Assembly (NCBI GenBank): GCA_963843385.1
Contig: CAWJJY010000007.1
Span: forward strand, 363,651 to 427,650
Direction: 5' to 3'
Length of the DNA: 64,000 nt
From: an uncultured Acidobacteriota bacterium
GTDB lineage: Bacteria; Acidobacteriota; Vicinamibacteria; Vicinamibacterales; JAKQTR01
Position numbers and translations under genes: made by a program. The notes beneath the pieces are model-generated. The model searched no databases. It saw only the letters and a list, made by a program, of their open reading frames with translations, and had not been told where the DNA came from. Below are positions 27,595 through 36,900 of the stretch, piece by piece (position 1 is the first letter of the stretch; every line of letters starts with the position of its first letter).

Positions 27595-28310
27595 GGCCGG
27601 CGCGCCCGATCGGCGGGACGGACGGTGAAGTCGAGGTCGACGACGCCGCCAGCCTCCGGGACGGTGGTCGCGCGCGTGTCGCGAATCAGGCCTTCATACC
27701 ACATCGCCACCGTATAGCTCCCCGGCGGCACGCCCTCGATTCGATAGCGCCCGTCATCGTCGGTGACCGCGAAGAACCGATGGGCGAACACCAGGATGTA
27801 GGCGCTCATGTGCGAATGAATGTCGCAGAACACCTGGACGACGCCGGGCCGATCGAACTTCACGGCCTTGGACGTCCCCGATGCATACCTCCCGAGATCG
27901 AACGGCCGTGTCCGGGAGAGGGAAAAGACGTTGTGGTAGACGTGATCGACGTTCGGAAAATCCACCGTGGTGCCAACCGTAATCGCCAGGACGTGCGGCA
28001 CGAACGTCTCGTCCCGCTGCACCATCGAGGCCCGGTTCTCCTCGCGCTCGAAGGCGCCCCGCGGGGCCGCCTCGAGATAGAGGACGGCCGGCCGCAATTC
28101 CGGCGTCGGGTTCCGATCGGCCATGCCCAGCGACGCGACGTTCGGGCGCGGTTCCACCACCGTGGGCCCGCGCCTGACGTCCACCCGGCCCCGGATCGTG
28201 CCGCCTGCTGCGGCGATCGCGGCGGCCGCGCTGGATCGGATGGCCGGCGGAGCCGGCACGAGCAGCCCCAGCGTCGCCGTCAACGCGATGGGTGCAAGTC
28301 TGTTTCTCAT
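27591..28310 (-). CDS. Secreted type-1 cupredoxin domain fused to a carboxypeptidase-regulatory-like domain
   Basis: Signal peptide. Cu ligand pattern FPNVDHVYHNVFS ... FCDIHSHM (H...C-x2-H-x2-M). C-terminal DDGRYRIEGVPPGSYTV. The ATG overlaps the upstream stop (TGATG), and its own stop overlaps the kinase ATG (ATGA). Confidence 0.65.
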   Translation of the reverse strand: MRNRLAPIALTATLGLLVPAPPAIRSSAAAAIAAAGGTIRGRVDVRRGPTVVEPRPNVASLGMADRNPTPELRPAVLYLEAAPRGAFEREENRASMVQRDETFVPHVLAITVGTTVDFPNVDHVYHNVFSLSRTRPFDLGRYASGTSKAVKFDRPGVVQVFCDIHSHMSAYILVFAHRFFAVTDDDGRYRIEGVPPGSYTVAMWYEGLIRDTRATTVPEAGGVVDLDFTVRPADRARRP

Positions 28311-29554
28311 CAGAACCAATAGAGCAGCTGGACCGACCCGAGATCGTTCCGGTGAAGCCGGCCACCGTCGCGCGTGTTGTGCTGCCATGCGCCCTTGAGA
28401 ATCACATTCCGCTGGAGGTAGTACCCGAGGCCGGCCTCCGTTCGCGTGACATTCGCATCCCAGGTCTCCGAACGTAACGTGCCCGCGATCGTCCCGAACC
28501 CGAGATGGTCGACGCGCGCGGCTGCATAGAGCTGCGGCAACAGCCGGTACCGGCCCTCGATGTACCAGCCGAGCACGCCGAGGGGATCCGAAAGAGCCGG
28601 CGACTGCAGGCTGGGCAGCCGCCATTGATTGGCGATGAGCTCGCCTCTGATCAACCAGTGATCGCGGGAGTATTCCAGATCCATTCCCAGTGCCCGTTGC
28701 AGGAGCGAACTGGTGGGTGTGCCGGGCGGAAGCGCGTCGAGAACCGAGTCGGCGAGAATCGGACCCTGTTCTGCCGACACGCCGACTATCAGGCCGGCCG
28801 ATGGCGTGAAGGTCGCTCGCGCGGCAACTTCGGGGGTCGTGAAATGACCGCCACGCCCCGGCTGGCTGAGGCTTCCCGACGTGATGGCGGCGGCGATCTC
28901 CACGGGCGATGAGCCCACTCGAACTCCCACGCCCGTGTTCCAGGCGAGCACCGATGCGACCGGCACGCCGCCTTCCGCGTACGCGTCACCGATGGGGTAC
29001 GACACGAGCCAGCCGCGACCGCGCATCCGCAACACGTCGTCGGCGGAGGCCGGCACGGCTTCGGTTCGGACCGACGTCAGGTACTGATAGAGGAGCGGGT
29101 CCCCGATAAGGGGATTGTCCTGTGGATAGCTCCGCCGGGGGTACGCGCCGAAGGTCGGGGGAATCAGGCCGGCCTGGATGTCGAAGCTGCGTGTCGGCCA
29201 TGGCCTGACGCGCAGAAAGAGCGCATAGAGCTGGAGCGGCGCACCCGTCTGGATGCGCGCCTCGCCGAGAACCGACATCCAGGCCGCAGGCTTCCACGAC
29301 GCGGACAGCCCGGCCCGAATGCGACGCAGCGCGCTGACTTCGTAGCTGGTGTAGTTGAAGTAGCCGGTGTCGTTGCTGCCCCAGGTTGCCGAGAACTCGG
29401 CGCCGAATGTGATCGAGCCGTTCGCGAAGCTGATGGGGCGCGAGGGAAGGATCTGGGCAGAGACTGCCGCGGATGATGCCAGCAGCACAATCGAGCCTCT
29501 GATCCACGACGAGAACCGAAAGGCTGTTCGCAAGTTATTGCATCCCAGGTTCAT
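28310..29554 (-). CDS. Porin-like outer-membrane beta-barrel protein
   Basis: Signal peptide ...IVLLASSAAVSAQ, strand-like alternation, and C-terminal ...VQLLYWF. Start set at ATG 29554, because the upstream 43 aa would overlap the divergent regulator region. Confidence 0.6.
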   Translation of the reverse strand: MNLGCNNLRTAFRFSSWIRGSIVLLASSAAVSAQILPSRPISFANGSITFGAEFSATWGSNDTGYFNYTSYEVSALRRIRAGLSASWKPAAWMSVLGEARIQTGAPLQLYALFLRVRPWPTRSFDIQAGLIPPTFGAYPRRSYPQDNPLIGDPLLYQYLTSVRTEAVPASADDVLRMRGRGWLVSYPIGDAYAEGGVPVASVLAWNTGVGVRVGSSPVEIAAAITSGSLSQPGRGGHFTTPEVAARATFTPSAGLIVGVSAEQGPILADSVLDALPPGTPTSSLLQRALGMDLEYSRDHWLIRGELIANQWRLPSLQSPALSDPLGVLGWYIEGRYRLLPQLYAAARVDHLGFGTIAGTLRSETWDANVTRTEAGLGYYLQRNVILKGAWQHNTRDGGRLHRNDLGSVQLLYWF

Positions 29555-29574
29555 ATGATTATAGACCGCAGTTC

Positions 29575-29604
29575 TTGACAGCCCGTCAGCTGGTGGCGTA
29601 GTGT
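29575..29604 (+). promoter_or_regulatory. Sigma-70-like promoter candidate for the IclR gene
   Basis: TTGACA-18 nt-TAGTGT, about 45 nt upstream of ATG 29647. The -10 element is weak. Confidence 0.3.
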
Positions 29605-29646
29605 TTGAATAGTGAAACTCGATTCCGACATGTGGAACGCACTGGT

Positions 29647-30387
29647 ATGACGGGTAGCAGCCCATCCCCGGCGACGACCTCAATCGACAAGGCGCTCGAG
29701 GTCTGCGAGACCCTCAGTCTTGCGCCGCGCGGCATGAGCCTGACCGAGGTCGCGAAAGCGCTCGGGCAACCGCGGCCGACCGTTCATCGGCTGTTGTCAG
29801 TCCTCAGGCGGCGAGGCTACGTCCGGCAGGACGAGGATACGCAGCGCTACGGGTTGACGCTGAAGATGCTGGACCTGAGTTTCCGGCTGCTCGGGCGATC
29901 GGAGATCCGGCTGCACGCGTATCCGATCCTCCGTGAGTACACGCTGAAGGCCGGCCAGCGCAGCTTCATCGCCGTGCCGGCGGCCGAGGAAGTGACCTAC
30001 ATCTGGAGTGCGGGCCCGGATGAAGTCGCTATGCGAACGGCGTATGGCAAGCAGATGCCCGCGCACTGCTCGGTTTATTTCGAAGCCGGACAGACCGGGC
30101 GCCGATTGAGCTGTCTCCGCCTGGCGAGTCGGGCGGACGTCACGGCGGGGAACCCGCCAATGCTGAGGCTGGGCCCGGCTGAGCTTGCCGGCGCCCAGAG
30201 GTTGTTCTGCACCTGTGCTCCGGTGTATGACTACACGGGGCGGGAGGTCGCGCGGGTCGGCGTGTTCGGTCACGGGCCCGATGACCGGCCGCTCGTGCAG
30301 GAGCACAACCGCAGCGCCTGGGAACTGGGACACGCGGTATCGACCCGGCTGGGCTACCTGCCCGCGCCGGCGCTGGAGAGCCGGTAG
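29647..30387 (+). CDS. IclR family transcriptional regulator
   Basis: N-terminal wHTH (S.DKALEV.E.L......MSLTEVA..LG.P..TVHRLL..L...GYV) and a C-terminal IclR effector-type domain. TTG 29605 is an alternative start. Confidence 0.8.
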   Translation: MTGSSPSPATTSIDKALEVCETLSLAPRGMSLTEVAKALGQPRPTVHRLLSVLRRRGYVRQDEDTQRYGLTLKMLDLSFRLLGRSEIRLHAYPILREYTLKAGQRSFIAVPAAEEVTYIWSAGPDEVAMRTAYGKQMPAHCSVYFEAGQTGRRLSCLRLASRADVTAGNPPMLRLGPAELAGAQRLFCTCAPVYDYTGREVARVGVFGHGPDDRPLVQEHNRSAWELGHAVSTRLGYLPAPALESR

Positions 30388-30431
30388 TCGCGCGGCGCGA
30401 GCGAACCGCGCGTGAGTGGAGGATCAAGGCC

Positions 30432-30692
30432 ATGGCGTATATCATTTGCGAGCCGTGCATCGGCACCAAGGACACCGCCTGCGTCGATGTCTGTCCGGTC
30501 GATTGCATCCACCCGCGGAAAGACGAGGCGGAGTTCCAGTCAGCCGAACTGCTGTACATCCACCCGGATGAGTGCATCGACTGCGGGGCCTGCGTGCCGG
30601 CGTGTCCGGTCGAGGCGATCTTCGCGCTCGACGAAGTCCCGGACAAATGGAAGAGTTTCGTGCCGAAGAATGCCGAGTACTACCAGAAGTAG
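30432..30692 (+). CDS. Ferredoxin (4Fe-4S dicluster type)
   Basis: CIGTKDTACVDVCPVDCI and CIDCGACVPACPVEAI. Length 86 aa. RBS GGAGGA. Confidence 0.85.
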   Translation: MAYIICEPCIGTKDTACVDVCPVDCIHPRKDEAEFQSAELLYIHPDECIDCGACVPACPVEAIFALDEVPDKWKSFVPKNAEYYQK

Positions 30693-30710
30693 CTGGGAAG
30701 GGCGCCGACG

Positions 30711-31247
30711 ATGGGACTGATCGATCATAAGTTCAGTGACAACATCATTACGACCAATGTGGACCATGTCCTGGCCTGGGCCCGCGCGAATTCTCTGTGG
30801 CCCATGGGCTTCGGCCTCGCCTGCTGCGCGATCGAGATGATTGCCGCCGGCGGATCGCGTTTCGACATCGCGCGATTCGGCAGCGAAGTCTTCCGGGCGT
30901 CGCCCCGCCAGGCTGATCTGATGATCGTGGCCGGCACGGTGACCAAGAAGATGGCGCCGGTGCTCCGGCGCCTGTACGATCAGATGCCCGAGCCGCGCTG
31001 GGTCATCTCGATGGGCAGTTGCTCGAACGCGGGCGGGCCGTTTCCGACCTACAGCGTGGTCCAGGGCGTGGACAAGGTCGTGCCGGTCGACGTGTACGTG
31101 TCAGGCTGTCCGCCGCGCCCCGAGGCGCTGTTCTATGGCCTGATGCGGCTGCAGGACAAGATCAAGAAAGAAAGCACGGTGCTGCGCCGGGATCGCGTCG
31201 TACCGGTTGGACAGATCGAACCCATCATCATCGACGATCGCGGCTAA
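30711..31247 (+). CDS. nuoB: NADH-quinone oxidoreductase subunit B family protein
   Basis: [18 protein letters not shown] and SGCPPRPE supply all four N2-cluster Cys. Collinear with NuoB/Nqo6. Confidence 0.88.
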   Translation: MGLIDHKFSDNIITTNVDHVLAWARANSLWPMGFGLACCAIEMIAAGGSRFDIARFGSEVFRASPRQADLMIVAGTVTKKMAPVLRRLYDQMPEPRWVISMGSCSNAGGPFPTYSVVQGVDKVVPVDVYVSGCPPRPEALFYGLMRLQDKIKKESTVLRRDRVVPVGQIEPIIIDDRG

Positions 31248-31269
31248 CCCGATTGGGTGGACGTTTAGC

Positions 31270-31734
31270 ATGCTGAAGGACTTTCTCCGTTCCATCTTCC
31301 TCGTCGACCTCATCAAGGGCCTCTGGCTGACGCTGAAGTACACGCCGCAGCCGGCGTTCACCTTCCAGTACCCGACGGAACGCCGCCCGGTGGCGCCCCG
31401 TTTCCGCGGCGTGCTGCGGCTGCAGGTCGAGCCCGCGACGGGCGCGCAGACCTGCATCGTCTGCGATCAGTGCGCCAAGGCGTGTCCCGATGACCTGCTG
31501 TCGCTTGGCGGGCACCGCGAGCCGGGCATCAAGATCAAGGTGCTGGACTACTTCGACTTCAACCTGTCGCGATGCAGCTTCTGCGGGCTGTGCGCCGAGG
31601 TGTGCCCGACCAAGCCCATCAAGGCGCTGGTGATGAGCGAAGACTACGAGCTTGGCACCTACAGCCGCGATGCGCAGTTGCTGCGCATCGACGAGATGTA
31701 TGACGGGCTGCCCATCCAGGTCTATACGCGCTGA
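31270..31734 (+). CDS. nuoI: NADH-quinone oxidoreductase subunit I family protein (2x[4Fe-4S])
   Basis: YP.E....P.RFRG, CIVCDQCAKACP and CSFCGLCAEVCP. Start set at ATG 31270, because the tracked start would overlap nuoB. Confidence 0.82.
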   Translation: MLKDFLRSIFLVDLIKGLWLTLKYTPQPAFTFQYPTERRPVAPRFRGVLRLQVEPATGAQTCIVCDQCAKACPDDLLSLGGHREPGIKIKVLDYFDFNLSRCSFCGLCAEVCPTKPIKALVMSEDYELGTYSRDAQLLRIDEMYDGLPIQVYTR

Positions 31735-31881
31735 GTGTTTCGGCGGGCCGTGCCGCGCCGACAGTGCCGGCCTGCCGCGGTCCGGTAATCTCTTATTTCT
31801 TCACTTGGTAATTCTGCGCCACTCCGGTATCCTGTCAGAGGACCTGCCAATTCGCACGGCACGCTGGCTGGAGGAGGCTTC

Positions 31882-33402
31882 ATGCGCAGGAGGCGTCTCG
31901 GGCTCGCGGTTGCAGTTTCGGCTCTGATCGCCGTCCCGGTGATGCGCGGGGACGCGGTCCGCCCGGCAGAAACGCTCGAGGCCCAGTTGCAGCGCGGAGC
32001 CTCGCTGGCGGCGGCAGGCCGCTGCCTCGAGGCGCTGCCGGCGTATCGGCTGGCGGCGCAGGCCGACGATCCCCTGGTCCAGGTCCCCGCACAGATGGGC
32101 GTGGTTCGCTGCTCGCTGAAGACCGCGCAGTTTCTGCAGGCGCGCACGGTGGCGACCACCCTGTTGGCAGATCACCCGAATGATGCGGGCGTGCGCGCGC
32201 TCTACGGCGACGCCCTCTGGTCCGCCGGGCTCTTCGATTCGGCGGAGCGGGCCTACCGGGACACGCTGGCCCTCCAGCCCGATGTCGCCCGGGCTCACAA
32301 CGGCCTGGCGCGGGCGCTGCTCGCGCGCGGGCGATTCGACGAAGCGCTGGATCACGCCGAAACCGCGGTGAGCCTGACGCCCGGCGATGCGGACGTGCAC
32401 CAGACGGCCGGCTTCGTGCTCGAGCGCATGCGGCGCTACCCGGACGCCGTGACGGCCTACCAGGTCTACGTCAGCCTCCTGCCGGGGAAGGAACAGGGAG
32501 AGACCTCGACGTGGGCCCGGGCCAAGCTGCTGGCGCTCAAGGCATTCGGGCGGCGCACGCCCTACGATATCGCCGGCCCTCCCGACCAGCCGTACGTCAT
32601 TCCGTTTCGCGTGTCGAACGACAAGATCGTCGTGAACGGGCGATTCAACGGCGGTCCCGAAACCGACATCGTCATCGACACAGGGGCAGAACTGCCGGTG
32701 GTGACGCGTGCGATGGCCGAACGCCGCGGCATCGTGCCCGTGTCGTATACCGTCAGTGCCGGGGTCGGTGATATCGGATTCCGAACTCAGCAGATCGGCC
32801 TGATCGACAGGCTCTACATCGAGCGCCTGGGCATCAACAACGTTCCGTGCCTCATCCGGAGCGTGCCAGCGCGGGAACGGACGCTTGGACGCGATCTCGA
32901 GAGCTTCTCCCCGCTGGCAGCGGGCCTGTCGATGTCGGTCGACTACCAGCATCACCGTCTGACGATCGGCCGTCACCTGCCTCCGGAATCGGCGCCGGAC
33001 TTCGAACTGCCGCTGTGGCTCTACCGCCTCGCCACGGTGCACGGAGTGGTGGGCACGGACAAGGGCACCGAGTCGGCATTCGTCGTGGATACCGGAGGCC
33101 AGGTCATCTCGATCAGCCGGGTGACGGCCCAGGCGCTGGAGCTTCCGGCGGGCTTCCGCCGGATTCCGCTCAAGGTGTACGGGCTGTCTGGCGTCGATGC
33201 CAGCGCATTCCTGCTGACCGGCATGAATCTCGCCTTCGACGCGCTTCACCTCGAGCGTACGCCCCTGGTCGTGCTGAACCTGGACGCACCGAGCGCGCTG
33301 CTCGGCTTCGAGCTTGGCGGCACCATGGGGCACCGGCTCCTGAGCCGGTACCGGGCATCGATCGATCTCGATCGCAGCGTGCTGACACTCAAGTCGCAAT
33401 AG
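31882..33402 (+). CDS. Secreted TPR-repeat protein fused to tandem retropepsin-like aspartyl protease domains
   Basis: Signal peptide, TPR-like helical repeats in the N-terminal half, and two DTG sites (VIDTGAE, VVDTGGQ). RBS GGAGGAGG. Confidence 0.7.
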   Translation: MRRRRLGLAVAVSALIAVPVMRGDAVRPAETLEAQLQRGASLAAAGRCLEALPAYRLAAQADDPLVQVPAQMGVVRCSLKTAQFLQARTVATTLLADHPNDAGVRALYGDALWSAGLFDSAERAYRDTLALQPDVARAHNGLARALLARGRFDEALDHAETAVSLTPGDADVHQTAGFVLERMRRYPDAVTAYQVYVSLLPGKEQGETSTWARAKLLALKAFGRRTPYDIAGPPDQPYVIPFRVSNDKIVVNGRFNGGPETDIVIDTGAELPVVTRAMAERRGIVPVSYTVSAGVGDIGFRTQQIGLIDRLYIERLGINNVPCLIRSVPARERTLGRDLESFSPLAAGLSMSVDYQHHRLTIGRHLPPESAPDFELPLWLYRLATVHGVVGTDKGTESAFVVDTGGQVISISRVTAQALELPAGFRRIPLKVYGLSGVDASAFLLTGMNLAFDALHLERTPLVVLNLDAPSALLGFELGGTMGHRLLSRYRASIDLDRSVLTLKSQ

Positions 33403-33416
33403 ACGATCCAGTCCGC

Positions 33417-33899
33417 TCACGCTCCCCGTGCGGCGCGTTTCAGGAGGCGTTCGGCCCTCCTGGCGTGCGCCTCCTCGCACCGCCTCCGATCCCGGTCGGT
33501 CTCGATGATGAGCGGGGGAACGGGCAGGTGGCGCCCGTCCCGGTCGATGGCCGCGAAGGTCAGGAAGGCGTGGCTGGTCAGGCGGCGCTCACCGGTCAGC
33601 GTTTCCTCCGAAAACACCTCCACCTCCACCTCGAGCGACGTCGTGAAGGTGCACGTGACGCGCGACTCGAGGATGATCAGGTCCCCGACCTTGATCGGGT
33701 GGAGAAACTGGAGTCCGTCGACCGCGGCCGTGACCAGCAGTGTGCGCGTATGACGGTGCCCGGCGATCGCGCCCGCGATGTCGATCAGGTGCATCACGGT
33801 GCCGCCCAGGATGTACCCCAGCGGATTCGCGTCGTTCGGCAGCACCACCTGCACCATCTCGGTGGCGGACTCGGCGGATCGTTTCGGTGTCAGGTCCAT
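33417..33899 (-). CDS. Acyl-CoA thioesterase (hotdog fold, YciA-like)
   Basis: P.DANP.G...GG..M..ID.A....A and V.F..P...GD pattern. Length 160 aa. Confidence 0.8.
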   Translation of the reverse strand: MDLTPKRSAESATEMVQVVLPNDANPLGYILGGTVMHLIDIAGAIAGHRHTRTLLVTAAVDGLQFLHPIKVGDLIILESRVTCTFTTSLEVEVEVFSEETLTGERRLTSHAFLTFAAIDRDGRHLPVPPLIIETDRDRRRCEEAHARRAERLLKRAARGA

Positions 33900-33908
33900 C
33901 AGACAGCA

Positions 33909-33939
33909 AACCCCGGAGCGGCGTGGCCGCTCCGGGGTT
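33909..33939 (-). terminator. Terminator hairpin (14-bp perfect stem) after the large OMP gene
   Basis: aaccccggagcggc-gtg-gccgctccggggtt. The minus-strand trail reads TTTGCTGTCTG. Confidence 0.55.
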
Positions 33940-33989
33940 CCTCGTGATCGCCCGGGCTCGAGCTTGTGTGGTCAGCTCACGCGCCGGCG

Positions 33990-36900
33990 TTAGAAATCGA
34001 AACCAATCCAGAACTGGAAACGCGACTTCCGGTAGGCATCGCTCCCGCCGGGCCCGAACACGGCATCCTCCCACGCCTGATTGAACAGCGTCCGCTTCGT
34101 CCAGTCGAGGTGGATCGGGAAGCCCAGGGCGAAGGTTTCGAGGCCGACGCCGTAGGAGGCGCGCCCTCCGACGAGACGGAACCCGCTGATGGGCACCGGG
34201 TCGCCGTAGACGGGGACCGAGGCCCCGCTCAGGGGGTCGGTCTGGAAGCCCACCACGGGGTTGACCAGTTCGTCGTTGCGCGCCGAGAACTTGAAGCCGC
34301 TGTTGTCGAACCAGCCGCCCCCGATGTTGAAGTAGAACACGCCGCGTACGCCGCCGAGCACTCCGAGCGGCGTGGCCATCGCGTTGATGATCGGGAAGCG
34401 GAGCTCGGCGTTGGCAAAGACGCCGTTCTGCCCGAGGAATTGCAGGTAGTCGAACCCGCGCATTTCGGAGTTGCCCCCGAAGTAGGTGAAGTCGGGCGTC
34501 TTGCCCCAGCTCCTGAAGGTGCGGACTCGCAGCGCCAGGAGGCTGGATCCGGCCAGGCGCAGGTACTTCCGGACATCGGCGTCCACCGTCTGCCACGACA
34601 TCGAATTGCCGCCGCCGCCGAGCGAAGGCGCGATCGTATAGGCGGCCCGCATCGTATTGCCTGACAGCGGACCGAACTCCCGGAAGATCGTGGTCTCCTG
34701 GACGAAGGCGACCGTCAGCGGGATCGCCCAGCCGTTCCGGAACAACTGACGTCCGTAGAGCGACTGCTGGTACTGCTGTGAGACGGCGGCGACATCGGAG
34801 TTGTTGTACTGCTCCTTGGTGTAGGAGATGCCGCCGCTCACCTCGATCCGCCGGTATCGATCGAGCGGGTAGATGCCGAACCCGGTGGCGCCGCGGTTGG
34901 TCCGGACGGCCACCGCCATGTCGCGGCTGATGTACGGGCCGTAGGACGGGTCGTAGAAGGAGCTGTTCTGGGCGTAGAAGAACTGGTCCATCCAGTAGGC
35001 CTGCAGCGCGTACTGGAACCGGCGCGACATGTTCGTCATCGACAGGGCGAACTGCCGGTACTGGGACACCGAGGCCGCGTAGAACGAGAAGTCCTTGTCG
35101 CCGAGCACGTCGCTGAAGGAAATCGCCGTGCCGCCGAACAGCTCGCCGCCGCTGGTGACGCCAACGCTCACCGGCGGGCGGCCGTCGAGGAACATCTTCT
35201 CGAACGGGCCCTTCTTCTTCTGATTCGCCTTCACCAGGGTGTGGCTGAGGGGCGCCTGAAAGTCGATGACCGGCCCCGGCGCGCCGAAGTCGGTGGCCAT
35301 CGCGATCACCGCGGGCTCCTTCGGCTCGAGCATGTGCAGCTCGTAGTCGCCCTTGTAGTAGGTGACGAACGCGAACTTCGTGGTCTTGCCGTCGCGGACG
35401 ACGACCGGCGAGAAGTTGCCGCCCAGTGCGTCGGTGTACTGCCGGAGCTCGCCGTTCTTGAGGTTCAGCGTCCACAGGTTGTAGATGTTGCCGTTGCGCG
35501 CCACCTCGGGCTCGACTGTCTTGTTCGGATCGAGGGCGGTCGACGGGAAGAGCACCGTGTCCGCGTCCACGAACTGCGCGCCCCCGTCGTCGTGGGTGCC
35601 GAAGGTGAGCTGGGTCTTCTTGCGGGTCGCGAGATCGAGCCTGAAGATCTTCTCGTTGCCGCTGATCCGCGAGACGCACACGATGGACTTGCCGTCCGGC
35701 GAGAACACCGGCGCGTAGTCGTCGAACGGATCGTTGGTGAGGTTCTCGATCTGGCCCGTCGCGATGTTGATCAGGAAGATGTCGCCGACCGAGTTCTTGC
35801 GCCCGGACACGGCGATGGACTTGCCGTCGGGCGAGAACCGCGGTGATTCGGGCTCGTCGATTTCGTTGTTCAGGTTGAAGCGCTTCTCGATCTTCTTGTT
35901 GAGGACGTTCTGGACGATGATCGACTTGCCGCGCTCGTGGCGGACCACGTAGGCGAGCCGGTCGCCGGCGGGCGACCACGAGAGCCATGGCACCGTGATC
36001 CAGCGGCTGCCCGGCGTCACCACGTAGTCGAACCCCATGTTCTGATCGAAGCCGGGGGTCAGATCGCGGATGACCTTGCCGTCCTTGGCCGACAGCAGCA
36101 CGATGTCCACCTCGCGATCGTTGCGATTGACCGTGGCCGCCGCGATCAGGTCACCGGTCGGCGACGGCTCGAGCGAGAGCGCGCCCTGGAACGCGCCTTT
36201 TTCCGGGCGGGGCGCCATGTTCTTGCCGTAGTCGGCCGGACGCTCCTTGTCCCGGAACGGCTTGAACCGGTCCTTGAGGTACTTCTCGAACTGCTGGTCG
36301 AAGTCCTCGCCCTTGAGCTGGAACGCATCCTCGAAGGCGTTCTCGCCGCCGCCGACGACCGACTTGCGGAGGGCGAACAGGTACTGCCGGATGCCTTCCT
36401 TCCCCCAGCGGGATTCGATGAACTCGAAGCAGGCATGGCCCATGTTGTAGACCATGCGGGGATTGTTGGTGTTCCCGTAGCCTTCGAGCTCGCTCATCTT
36501 CGGCACGATGTCGGCCACCGCGGCGTCGCGTACCGTCATCAGGTCGATGGGCTGCCAGTCGCCCGCGACGTAGTCCGACAGGCCTTCCGCCACCCAGAGC
36601 GGGACGCTCCGGCGGATCAGTCCCTGCGGGATGATGTCGAACTCGAAGATGTGCGTGAGCTCGTGCGTGATGAGCCGGTAGAGTTGATCCGGCGGGTCGT
36701 CGAGCGGCAGCAGCATCCGGTTGCGTGTCGGCTCGGCGAAGGCACCCACGCCTTCCTCGGCCGCCCCGGGGATGACGTTCTCCTGTTCGAACTCGGCGTG
36801 GGTCTTGAACAGGATGAGCGGGATCTTTTGTGCGATGTCGTGCTTGAGATCCGCGCTGACCTTCTGATACGCGCTCTCCGCATAGCCCGAGACCCGCTCG

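Noticed and set aside
29558-29563. Perfect TATAAT on the minus strand, 3 nt upstream of the porin-like gene ATG (29554)
   Set aside because: It is too close to the start codon to serve as its -10 element, because the TSS would fall after the ATG. No -35 or TG extension is present. It is probably fortuitous in this AT-richer divergent region. A leaderless arrangement with a different start cannot be fully excluded.
31207-31269. Tracked start of the NuoI-like ORF overlapping the nuoB 3' end by 41 nt
   Set aside because: NuoI homology starts at MLKDFLRS (ATG 31270). The upstream residues are unconserved-looking read-through.
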